From contig JAHECK010000003.1 in NCBI GenBank assembly GCA_024641785.1, forward strand, positions 1-56,904: DNA of 56,904 nt. Reading direction: 5' to 3'. Each line of letters begins with the position of its first letter. The stretch's first letter is position 1. This document shows, in pieces, positions 1 through 9,375 of the stretch. This DNA is from Flavobacteriales bacterium (GTDB lineage Bacteria; Bacteroidota; Bacteroidia; Flavobacteriales_D; JAHECK01). Position numbers and translations under genes: made by a program. A model generated the notes under the pieces. It worked only from the letters and a program-made list of their open reading frames with translations. It ran no database searches and was not told the origin of the DNA.

Positions 1-148
1 CATTAATTCGTGAGGCGATCGAAGGAACAATCTGCATATAATTAGCCTGAGTAAATGAAGTTGCGCTAAACTTCTCTTGTTCATTTTGAGCAATACTTAT
101 AGTGCCTAAAAAAAGAATTATTGATAATGATAAAAAAATGTTTTTCAT
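1..148 (-). CDS. 5' fragment (N-terminal ~49 aa, gene runs off the window) of a secreted protein paralogous to the adjacent 978-aa T9SS cargo protein
   Basis: Manual minus-strand translation from the ATG at 148-146 gives MKNIFLSLSIILFLGTISIAQNEQEKFSATSFTQANYMQIVPSIASRIN. This is a signal peptide plus the same 'M.IVPSIAS.I' segment found at residues 38-49 of the 227..3163 product. It is truncated, so it is absent from the ORF track. Confidence 0.6.
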   Translation of the reverse strand, partial: MKNIFLSLSIILFLGTISIAQNEQEKFSATSFTQANYMQIVPSIASRIN

Positions 149-171
149 ATTTTGAACGATTCGATAGGGTT

Positions 172-204
172 TATAAAAAAATAAGGCTGCTTGAACGCAG
201 CCTT
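172..204 (-). terminator. Rho-independent terminator downstream of the 978-aa gene
   Basis: The 8-bp stem aaggctgc (183-190) / gcagcctt (197-204) has a 6-nt loop. On the minus strand it is followed by a T-run (complement of the A-run at 174-180). It lies 23 nt after the stop at 227. Confidence 0.6.
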
Positions 205-226
205 ATTTCTATGCAATTATATTAAT

Positions 227-3163
227 TTATTTAACAATGATTTTTTTAACTTTTCCAAATTTGTCGGATCCTAATCTTACCAGATATACACCCGGAGCAG
301 CATAAGACATATCAAAATCGTAGAAATAATTTCCATTAACATTTTGAACTCTATTTGAAATCACTTTTTGTCCTGCAGTATTATGAACCGTAATAATAAG
401 GGTCTCATCTGTGTTTAATGCAGTAAAGGTCACTTCAAATTGATTATTTGGAAGATAACTGATCATCATTTCATTTGGTTCAGAGATCCCTTCTCCTAGA
501 CCAATAGAAAGATCAATGTTGGCAGTATAATCCTCTGTTTCTCCATAAGAAGTCTCTTCACAGGCATCATCAGGAACGCCTGTGTTCCAATTTGTTTTAG
601 CTCGCATTAAATGCTGTCCTAAAGGAGCTGATTCATCTACTGTAAAATCAGTTGTTCCGCTATATGTTCCGGTAGCTGATCCAGCACCTAAAACAAAATC
701 ATCCACGATCAATTCATTATTTTCAAAAACAAAATTATCGTTGAAATCGATCCAAACTTTAACAAATTGATCACCATAGCCCGTAGTCACGGTAAGTTCA
801 TTGGTGGAGCCAGGATAGAGGTCAGCGACCATATCGGTGTAATCAGCATATCCGTCAGGTGAGCAATCGGTCTCATTATCAATGGTGGTCAATTGAAATA
901 ATTGAAAACCATCGCCGAAACTACAATTAGTAAAAGGAGTACACATACTATTTTCCACGGTGGTCATACTAGTGTCGTTGGATAAATCAGTATCTCCGGA
1001 AAGAGAGGTATAAGCCATAAATTCATAGCTACCAAGAGCAGAAAGGTCTGCAGTAGTATTAAAGTTATAGGTCATTGATCCCGGGCCATCTAAAGGTCCT
1101 GCTACCACTTCTGTTACAGGTGTACCTCCGTCTATTACGTAGCTAACATCAAAGTCAGTTTGAGCAGCACCGCCATAATTTTCTATACTTATGCTAACCA
1201 CTTCACTGCTGCTTAAGCCTGAAGCTGAAGCAGGACTTGTAATAGCTGTGATTCCGATATCATTTGGATTAAGATGTGTAAGCACCTTACTCAGTGTATC
1301 ATTCATATTATCCTCATCACCGATCAAGGCGGTGTAGGCTGTAATTTCATAATTAGCTCCAACAGTCGACATGTCAACAGTTGTAGCAAAACTATGCATA
1401 ACAGAAGTAGAAGGTGGAATGGTATCCATATAAATTTCACTATACACTGTACCACCGTCAACAGAAAAACTTACTGGCACTTCCCAAATAGAATCTACTC
1501 CAAAATTCCGAATTGAAACGGTGATCGTTTCGGTGGCACTTAAAGTTCCGTCATTTGGAGAGTTGATCAAATTGATTCCGGCATCGAGAAGAAAGTCAGG
1601 TGCCAGTTTAAATGCACCAACCACATTTTTTCTTGCATTGCTTTTAAAATATTCTCCAATATGCCAAAAGGTTTTGTCATCAGCAGGATCAATAGTCATT
1701 TGTGCATAATCTCCATATCGGGTTGATCCGTCATTTTGTAATCCTTCGCCAATGGTATCTTCAACCAGGGTCATTTGTCCTAAAGGATCGCTTTCATATC
1801 TACCGGTAAATCGAATACTCACTTTTTGAGTTGAACTTACCACAGAATAACCAAGTCCGATATTCCCTAAAGCATCCATAGCAATAGCTCCGCAAAAAGC
1901 ACTATGCCCGGCAGGTTGTTCGTAAGTACCTTCCTGATAAATATACCAGTCTTCACCATCATTGTCTTGACGCAGTTCCATCCATCTGATTCCGGCGTGA
2001 TCATCGTTATTATCCAAATCGACTACAAAATTAAGAACCGCTGAATTATGATCCGCAAAACGTCGATATTGAACTAAATTCATAATTGTTGCCTGAAGGG
2101 CGTCAATATCCGGACCGGAAGGTTGTGGTAAATTAGAGAAACTACCTCCATCGAATAAACCATCAAAAACTTCTGTATTAAGGATCTGAGGATCTGATAT
2201 GGTCGAATTCGCCGGGGTTGCCCAGTTTACATCTATGGTCCATACTTTTAAATGATCAGTAGATACTCCACTCCATGAATCATCTTGCATATAAACGATA
2301 GGAGCACCACCTGCCGGAGGAAGTTCTGCTCCATTGCAATTAAATCCTAAAGGACTATAAAACCCACTTGTTGTGATATCAGTTAAAGGAAAACCAATGA
2401 TCTGCACCGTTGCAGCTCCAGCAATCACCTCATCTCTTTCGATAGCAAAAACTACATCACTTGTTCCTGCAGATCCTGAAAATAAATTTGAAGTAAGATA
2501 ATAACCATCAGACCAGACAGAATATTTTGGATAATCCGGCAGACCTGCCATAGGAAATTCATAGGTATACCAATCATCATTTACAGGGTCAGGGCCTTGA
2601 CTTATTGCAATTAAAACACTACTAAAAGTGAGTTGGGTGATTAAAAATCGATCGGCAAATTTATCATATAATACAATGGGGTCACCAGTAGTCTCTCCCG
2701 GCCAAATGGTTGATAAAGAAGCAGCAGTAGTAAGCGCATTCCCTTCCTTATCCCATATTCTGAAAGAAGAATTCCAGGCATTTACTAAATGATTAGGACC
2801 CACAGCAGCTGTTGGGTCGGTGGGGGTCGAACTTCCACTAGCGGCATCCCATGAAACGATAGGTGTTTTTGAAGGATTCTTTGTCTTTAATTCTTCATCT
2901 ATCAGCAAAGGGTCATTTCCAATTGGGAGCCCTTTTCCTGGAACGGCTTTGTTGCCATCCATTCTTTTTGGGTTATACTCTTTTTTAATATCAACTGCAG
3001 GAACAAAAGTTCCATTTGCAATTTGAGAGGCAATAGAAGGAACGACTATCATGGTATTTGAAACACTGACTGAGGTCGCTTTTGTTTTTTCTTTACTTTC
3101 TTGAGCCGTAGAAACAGTAGCAACAAAAAGTAGTAATGTAAACAACAGTAAATATTTTTTCAT
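227..3163 (-). CDS. Large secreted multidomain protein: signal peptide, CARDB-like Ig repeats, GEVED-type domain, T9SS type-A C-terminal sorting domain
   Basis: 978-aa ORF with an N-terminal signal peptide (MKKYLLLFTLLLFVATVSTAQ). It has two CARDB-like repeats (..NFGVDSIWEVPVSFSVDGG.., ..NYGGAAQTDFDVSYVIDGG..) and the motif CEETSYGETEDY typical of GEVED domains. The C-terminal ~80 aa (..VTFTALN..ITVHNTAGQKV..GVYLVRL..KIIVK) looks like a T9SS sorting tail. Confidence 0.85.
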   Translation of the reverse strand: MKKYLLLFTLLLFVATVSTAQESKEKTKATSVSVSNTMIVVPSIASQIANGTFVPAVDIKKEYNPKRMDGNKAVPGKGLPIGNDPLLIDEELKTKNPSKTPIVSWDAASGSSTPTDPTAAVGPNHLVNAWNSSFRIWDKEGNALTTAASLSTIWPGETTGDPIVLYDKFADRFLITQLTFSSVLIAISQGPDPVNDDWYTYEFPMAGLPDYPKYSVWSDGYYLTSNLFSGSAGTSDVVFAIERDEVIAGAATVQIIGFPLTDITTSGFYSPLGFNCNGAELPPAGGAPIVYMQDDSWSGVSTDHLKVWTIDVNWATPANSTISDPQILNTEVFDGLFDGGSFSNLPQPSGPDIDALQATIMNLVQYRRFADHNSAVLNFVVDLDNNDDHAGIRWMELRQDNDGEDWYIYQEGTYEQPAGHSAFCGAIAMDALGNIGLGYSVVSSTQKVSIRFTGRYESDPLGQMTLVEDTIGEGLQNDGSTRYGDYAQMTIDPADDKTFWHIGEYFKSNARKNVVGAFKLAPDFLLDAGINLINSPNDGTLSATETITVSIRNFGVDSIWEVPVSFSVDGGTVYSEIYMDTIPPSTSVMHSFATTVDMSTVGANYEITAYTALIGDEDNMNDTLSKVLTHLNPNDIGITAITSPASASGLSSSEVVSISIENYGGAAQTDFDVSYVIDGGTPVTEVVAGPLDGPGSMTYNFNTTADLSALGSYEFMAYTSLSGDTDLSNDTSMTTVENSMCTPFTNCSFGDGFQLFQLTTIDNETDCSPDGYADYTDMVADLYPGSTNELTVTTGYGDQFVKVWIDFNDNFVFENNELIVDDFVLGAGSATGTYSGTTDFTVDESAPLGQHLMRAKTNWNTGVPDDACEETSYGETEDYTANIDLSIGLGEGISEPNEMMISYLPNNQFEVTFTALNTDETLIITVHNTAGQKVISNRVQNVNGNYFYDFDMSYAAPGVYLVRLGSDKFGKVKKIIVK

Positions 3164-3186
3164 TTTAGTATTGTATTGGTTTATAT

Positions 3187-3561
3187 TCAGTTTCTGATTT
3201 TAATAGTGTTAATATTAATAGGAGTTCCTAAAGGACAAGGGCCCTGGGGTCTTCTGGATCGCACAAAATCAAGCCAGATCTCTTTTCCATTTACTAAATA
3301 TTCTTCAGGTAGATCTATAAATTGTAAAAGCTCACCATTCTCTTCTAATTGAATTAAAAATTTGCAACCTTCAGGTTTATTGGTGTAATCAAGCATGATG
3401 GCTTTGTGCATATTCTTGCTGCTATCCGCAACTTCAGTAGATTCTTTCACTTGATTATCCTTGCTGATTTCTGCGCGATTTTTACATGAAGAAAGCGAAG
3501 TAAAGACAAGTAAAATAAATAGTTGTGCTCCTAGAGCTGAATAAACGAAACGATCTTTCAA
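3187..3561 (-). CDS. Small hypothetical lipoprotein
   Basis: 124-aa ORF with a hydrophobic N-terminus ending in LSSC (lipobox-like). No recognisable family. Confidence 0.55.
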   Translation of the reverse strand: MKDRFVYSALGAQLFILLVFTSLSSCKNRAEISKDNQVKESTEVADSSKNMHKAIMLDYTNKPEGCKFLIQLEENGELLQFIDLPEEYLVNGKEIWLDFVRSRRPQGPCPLGTPININTIKIRN

Positions 3562-3668
3562 GTTGTAAAAATTAGATACTTCAATAATAGCCTAATATAA
3601 GAATAAAAAAAAAGATAAAATGAAATTAATATTGGATTCTAAAGATTTTCAATGACTTATGAAAACCC

Positions 3669-4184
3669 TTATTTCTTTGAGATCTCTTCTATTGCTTTTA
3701 GTGCTGTAATGAATCGTTCGTCTTTCTTTCCTTTAATAATTACAAAGGGCTTCTTTTCTATTTTAAGCTGTTCTAAATAAATTGAGAAAAGGGCTTCCCG
3801 ATCATTCTGATTTTCTCGTAAAGGATCTTCCTTCCATTCTATATCCGGACTAAGCAATAAATAAAGGTCATATTGATGCTTCTTCCATGCGTGGTCAATT
3901 TCAATATCAACCACAGAAAATCTTACCATACTCCAAACCCAGATTACAAGTGGATCTGAGTCGCAAATTAAGAAGGGAGGTCTTAAAAGAGCATTCTTTT
4001 CTTCATTTATCAATTGACCTTTAAGAATTACTCTAAGATCTTCTTGATCATATTTTCCATTCGATATCTCAAGATATTCTCTTGCAAATTCAGGAACCCA
4101 CAAGCTTTTTAAATGCTTTGCCAAGGCGATTGCAAGTGTCGTTTTTCCGCTGGATTCAGGTCCTGTTAATGCAATTTTATACAT
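3669..4184 (-). CDS. NadR-type nicotinamide riboside kinase-like P-loop ATPase
   Basis: The Walker A motif ALTGPESSGKTTLA matches the G.ESsGK(S/T) signature of the NadR ribosylnicotinamide kinase domain. The gene overlaps pnuC by 8 nt, the classic pnuC-NR kinase pairing. Confidence 0.7.
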   Translation of the reverse strand: MYKIALTGPESSGKTTLAIALAKHLKSLWVPEFAREYLEISNGKYDQEDLRVILKGQLINEEKNALLRPPFLICDSDPLVIWVWSMVRFSVVDIEIDHAWKKHQYDLYLLLSPDIEWKEDPLRENQNDREALFSIYLEQLKIEKKPFVIIKGKKDERFITALKAIEEISKK

Positions 4185-4803
4185 GATTTAGTCGATATGT
4201 TTTCCTCCAGTTATAAAATCCGTAGATAGCAATGATCGTATAAACTAAAAATAATAAAGCGAATAAATTCCCGCCACGATCAAAATATAAGTAGATCGAA
4301 ATACCGTCGATGATGATCCAGTAAACCCAATTTTCAAGAATTCTTCTGGCAGTCATAAATGTTGCGAAAATAGCAAATACCGTAGTAAAGGAATCAAGGT
4401 AGGTGGAAGCTGCTTCTGTGTAGTTTTTAAGATAATAACCTAAAGTAAAAGTGAGGATCAATCCGCTAAGAATTAAAATAAAATGCCGACTAAAAGACCA
4501 TACTTCAATGGCTTTTTCCTTATGATCCCCGCTGCCATATTTCCATGAATAAAATCCATAAACGGCCATTCCTATATAATATATCTGCAAATAAAATTCA
4601 GCATATAATTGAAAATAAAAATACAAGGCATACATGCTGAATAAGGGTGATAAGATCCCGAAAAACCAGCACCAAATGTTATTTTTTGATGCAAGGAAGG
4701 CATAAGCGACACTGGTAATTACTGCAATGATCTCAACAATACTTATTTCTTTTAAAGCTTCTATCAATGAATCCAGGATCATGCTATGGTCTAAGGTCGG
4801 CAT
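4177..4803 (-). CDS. pnuC: PnuC-family nicotinamide riboside (vitamin) transporter
   Basis: 208-aa polytopic membrane protein rich in Trp/Tyr, with size and layout typical of PnuC. It is translationally coupled to the NR-kinase-like gene. Confidence 0.8.
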   Translation of the reverse strand: MPTLDHSMILDSLIEALKEISIVEIIAVITSVAYAFLASKNNIWCWFFGILSPLFSMYALYFYFQLYAEFYLQIYYIGMAVYGFYSWKYGSGDHKEKAIEVWSFSRHFILILSGLILTFTLGYYLKNYTEAASTYLDSFTTVFAIFATFMTARRILENWVYWIIIDGISIYLYFDRGGNLFALLFLVYTIIAIYGFYNWRKTYRLNHV

Positions 4804-5032
4804 TGACTAATTTGAATACGATCACCATCGCCGGATGATCTTCCATTGCACGTTTATTTTCAATGGTCATTATTTCCATTAGGCGATCATAAGACCCAAA
4901 TAGCTGAGTACTCATCGTATTGCCAAGAACAAGAATGTCGGTATAGGATTTTAGCCTGCTTATATAGTTTAGAATAGGGGTTTTGAATTCTTCGTCTAAA
5001 GGGTACATACTGATGTCAATGGATGCTTTCAT
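4784..5032 (-). CDS. MTH1187/YkoF-like (UPF0045) thiamine-binding family protein
   Basis: 82-aa ORF starting MKASIDISMYPLDEEF..P.ILNYI..L, which is typical of the MTH1187 family. It overlaps pnuC by 20 nt. Confidence 0.6.
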   Translation of the reverse strand: MKASIDISMYPLDEEFKTPILNYISRLKSYTDILVLGNTMSTQLFGSYDRLMEIMTIENKRAMEDHPAMVIVFKLVNADLRP

Positions 5033-5043
5033 TAATTCATTTT

Positions 5044-5661
5044 TTAGTCTGTTTCAGTTTCGATGCTTTCTTCTTCATCAAAACAATTACATGCTTTTGA
5101 GAATTTTATTGTTGCCTCAGGGAAAAGTTCACGGATATTTTGCTGCTCTTTTTCATTCATCTGTATCATCCGCATATCTAATTCAACAATTTCCAGATCC
5201 TTATAAGAAGCTGGAATTTTCGAAACTTCGTTTCCAACCATTAATAGGGTATTAAGGTGAATTAAATTTGTAAGGCATTCAGGTAAAATAGCAATTTCAT
5301 TGGTCGAAAAATCAATTACTCTCAATTGTTCGAGCTGACAAATAACTTTAGGAAAATCTTGAAAATGATTATTTGAGAAGCTGATAAAACGAAGCTGCTT
5401 ACATGAAGCAAGGCTGGGAGGCAAGTTATCCAGTTTATTTTTATCCAAATAAAGGGTGTGTAAATTGACTAGCTTATCAAATCGATCATCTAATGCTTTT
5501 AATTTTTGTTTTTGAAGATCAAGGACTTTAATATTCAACGGAGAACGAAGTGCCTCTTCCAAGGAATAAGCGATGCTGTCTTTTATAATTTCTTCTTGGG
5601 AAAAAACAGGGAGGAATAAAATGGAAAGAAGTATAAAGACAAGATTTCTTCTACTTAGCAT
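5044..5661 (-). CDS. Secreted leucine-rich-repeat (LRR) protein
   Basis: Contains tandem ~23-aa LRRs (L..L.L..N.L..LP..). I start the gene at MLSRRNLVFILLSILFLPVFSQ (ATG at 5661-5659), which gives a clean signal peptide. The ORF-track start at 5715 would overlap ribF by 65 nt. Confidence 0.7.
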   Translation of the reverse strand: MLSRRNLVFILLSILFLPVFSQEEIIKDSIAYSLEEALRSPLNIKVLDLQKQKLKALDDRFDKLVNLHTLYLDKNKLDNLPPSLASCKQLRFISFSNNHFQDFPKVICQLEQLRVIDFSTNEIAILPECLTNLIHLNTLLMVGNEVSKIPASYKDLEIVELDMRMIQMNEKEQQNIRELFPEATIKFSKACNCFDEEESIETETD

Positions 5662-6598
5662 TTTTGCTGGTGAAATACTGATTGATCTTTGTTTTGTCTT
5701 CATGCAATTGGGCAATAAGTTCGTCGGTAGAAGCGAATTTCACTTCATCCCTCATCCTTTTTAAGAACTTTACAGTAATGACTTTATTGTAGATATCCTC
5801 ATTAAAATCAAAGATATGCACTTCTAATGAAATACCGGCATCCGGATTATCAACGGTGGGTCTTCTTCCAATATTCATCATTCCCTGATACTCTTTTTCA
5901 TTAAGGATCACATTTACAGCATAAACGCCATTTCCGGGTATTAATTTATGACTATTGCTTATATGTATATTAGCCGTCTTAAAACCTAGCTTTCTGCCAA
6001 GTTGATTCCCTTTCACAACTTCTCCACTAAGACAATAAGGGTAGCCTAAATAAAGATCAGCGGTTTGAATATCACCTTTTAATAATGCCTGTCTGATCTT
6101 TGTGGAAGAAATTTTAACTTCATCGATGTCCTGAGCCGGAATCTCTTCTATTTTAAAATTAAAAAGGGGAGTAAATTCTCTAAGTTGTTCGATGCTTCCT
6201 TCTCTATTTCTTCCAAATTGATGATCATATCCAATGATCAGTTTATGAATTCCTATTTTTCCGACAAGTATATCTCTTACATAATTATAAGCGGTGATAC
6301 GGGAAAACTCAGGAGAAAATTTTTGAATAATAAGGTGATCAAGCCCAATGCTTTCGAGTAATTTAATTTTTTCGGGCTGAGTGGTAAGTAATTTAAGTTT
6401 TGTATCATCCGGAAAAAGAACCATTCTGGGATGTGGATAGAAAGTAAGTAGCACCGATTCGCCACCTTCTTCCTTCGCTTGTTGTATGATTTTTTTAAGA
6501 ATTACACGATGTCCTAAATGAACTCCATCAAAGGTACCAGTAGTAACAAAAGCTTTTTTTATTGGTTCGAAATGATCAATATCCGTGTGTACTTTCAA
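5651..6598 (-). CDS. ribF: Bifunctional riboflavin kinase / FMN adenylyltransferase
   Basis: The 315-aa product has an N-terminal FAD-synthetase region (GTFDGVHLGH) and a C-terminal riboflavin kinase region (GFKTANI ... G..NIG.RPT ... E.HIFDF..D.Y). Confidence 0.92.
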   Translation of the reverse strand: MKVHTDIDHFEPIKKAFVTTGTFDGVHLGHRVILKKIIQQAKEEGGESVLLTFYPHPRMVLFPDDTKLKLLTTQPEKIKLLESIGLDHLIIQKFSPEFSRITAYNYVRDILVGKIGIHKLIIGYDHQFGRNREGSIEQLREFTPLFNFKIEEIPAQDIDEVKISSTKIRQALLKGDIQTADLYLGYPYCLSGEVVKGNQLGRKLGFKTANIHISNSHKLIPGNGVYAVNVILNEKEYQGMMNIGRRPTVDNPDAGISLEVHIFDFNEDIYNKVITVKFLKRMRDEVKFASTDELIAQLHEDKTKINQYFTSKNAK

Positions 6599-6731
6599 AA
6601 TGAATTAATCTAAATTATTTAAAATCAACATCTTATAATAAAAGATAAAAGCTATTAAAAAGATGAAAACGGTGTCAAAAGTAAAAAATAAAATATTCTC
6701 AATTTTGCCTTAAAATTAGGATAATAGTTTA

Positions 6732-6739
6732 TACTTTTG
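6732..6739 (+). promoter_or_regulatory. Candidate Bacteroidetes -7 promoter box (TAnnTTTG) for atpDC
   Basis: The sequence tacttttg lies 47 nt upstream of the atpD ATG and matches the sigma-A -7 consensus TAnnTTTG described for Bacteroidetes. Confidence 0.4.
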
Positions 6740-6770
6740 CACTTCAAATTTTAGTGCATTTTAATCTTAA

Positions 6771-8297
<1,527 letters not shown>

Positions 8298-8309
8298 AAA
8301 AAATAGAAC

Positions 8310-8606
8310 ATGGAAAATAATTTTTTTCTAGAGATTAGAACCCCGGATAAAGAGTTGTTTCATGGTGAAATAGATCAAGTGATTTTACCGGGAAAAGATG
8401 GTTCTTTTGGAATATTAAAAAACCATGCTCCTCTTATTGCCAGTCTTACTAAAGGACGTGTAAAAGTTGATGCGATCCGTGTAATTAATATGGCGATTAA
8501 TCCTATTGAAGGGGATGTTGCTAAAAAGGAAAATCAGTATTTATTCGAAATTGATGGCGGAGTAGTTGAGGTTTTGAATAATCATGTTACAGTACTTGTA
8601 GGATAA
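8310..8606 (+). CDS. atpC: F1F0 ATP synthase subunit epsilon
   Basis: 98-aa ORF immediately after atpD. The N-terminal beta-sandwich motif (L.I.TP....F.G....V.LPG..G.FGIL..HAP.I) is typical of AtpC. Confidence 0.85.
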   Translation: MENNFFLEIRTPDKELFHGEIDQVILPGKDGSFGILKNHAPLIASLTKGRVKVDAIRVINMAINPIEGDVAKKENQYLFEIDGGVVEVLNNHVTVLVG

Positions 8607-8624
8607 ACAAACAAGATATAATTG

Positions 8625-8657
8625 AAAAAGCTACTCCTAAGAGTAGCTTTTTTTTTG
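8625..8657 (+). terminator. Rho-independent terminator after atpC
   Basis: The stem agctactc (8629-8636) / gagtagct (8641-8648) has the loop ctaa and is followed by a 9-nt T-run. Confidence 0.8.
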
Positions 8658-9030
8658 TCTTTTTTGTGGGAATCAGAACGAAGAGAATTTATTTGGAACG
8701 GAAGTGTTTCATTTTCCATTTTTTATCGAAATAATTGTCCTTTTTAAGGTCCTTTAGATAATAAAATCAAATGCTTCTAATTACTCAATTTTCAAGGAGT
8801 TTTTATTTGAATAATCGCTTTGTATAACAATAATGAAAAGTATTTATTCATCTAATGATTTTTATAATAAAACGTATCATTCTCCCTTGTACGAAATGTT
8901 TACTTTATGAGTATTTAGATATAATATTTCACCCTTACGATTATATTATAAATGATTGGAATAGGTCAAAAAACATCCTCAAAAACCTTATATATATAGA
9001 TATAAATGATTGTTTTGGCGAACTTAACCC

Positions 9031-9038
9031 TACTTTTG
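9031..9038 (+). promoter_or_regulatory. Candidate -7 box (TAnnTTTG) far upstream of lipoprotein pair 1
   Basis: This tacttttg is the only exact TAnnTTTG match I found in the 8658-9375 spacer. If used, it implies a ~330-nt 5' leader. Confidence 0.3.
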
Positions 9039-9268
9039 TAGAAGTAATTTCTTAAAATATAAAATCATGTTTAAAGGAATTGTCAATCGGCCGGATCTCT
9101 ATATCCGGGCCATGAAATAATCCGACAAATAAGATTGCTTTTCATTCAATCCTCAGTTTGAAAATAATCTTATAAAGTAGCTCGGTATAGTGGATGAGCT
9201 ATTCTTTCTTCCATGTTATTGCACATATTAAGGGATCAATACTAACTAAAAACCAAAGATCATGAAAA

Positions 9269-9362
9269 ATGATATCTCGGGTAGGTCAGTATCGGTTGTA
9301 ATAAGGTACTGACCACAGATTACTCTAATTTCGGATAGTGCATTGTGCACTATTTACCTAAC
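9269..9362 (+). promoter_or_regulatory. Conserved structured leader element upstream of lipoprotein pair 1 (12-nt box + hairpin A + hairpin B + tacctaac)
   Basis: The box atgatatctcgg is at 9269-9280. Hairpin A is GGTCAGTATC (9284-9293) / GGTACTGACC (9305-9314). Hairpin B is atagtgca (9335-9342) / tgcactat (9346-9353). The tacctaac box is at 9355-9362, 13 nt before the ATG. The same architecture recurs at 12386-12485 with compensatory substitutions. Confidence 0.5.
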
Positions 9363-9375
9363 CAAATCTATTATT

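Noticed and set aside
582-3026. Plus-strand ORFs (62-80 aa) antisense to the 978-aa T9SS gene
   Set aside because: The reasoning is the same. They are nested antisense to a long, well-supported CDS and have no independent support.
8855-9055. 66-aa ORF in the atpC-lipoprotein spacer
   Set aside because: It is a low-complexity, Ile/Tyr/Asn-rich product of AT-rich DNA. It has no counterpart in the homologous spacer at 11.8-12.5 kb and overlaps the candidate -7 promoter box. It is most likely non-coding.
9177-9202. A third 'conserved' leader hairpin (9178-9201 versus 12312-12337)
   Set aside because: Both leaders have a hairpin here, but I could not align them position by position or show compensatory changes. 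I therefore do not count it as evidence for conserved structure.
9343-9375. ORF-track start (TTG at 9343, MCTIYLTKSII..) for the first lipoprotein gene
   Set aside because: The TTG is the 3-nt loop of leader hairpin B (9335-9353). The extension also covers the conserved tacctaac box. All three paralogs begin at M[FLM][KN]N.[KR]LIGVIFLS, so the ATG at 9376 is the consistent start.
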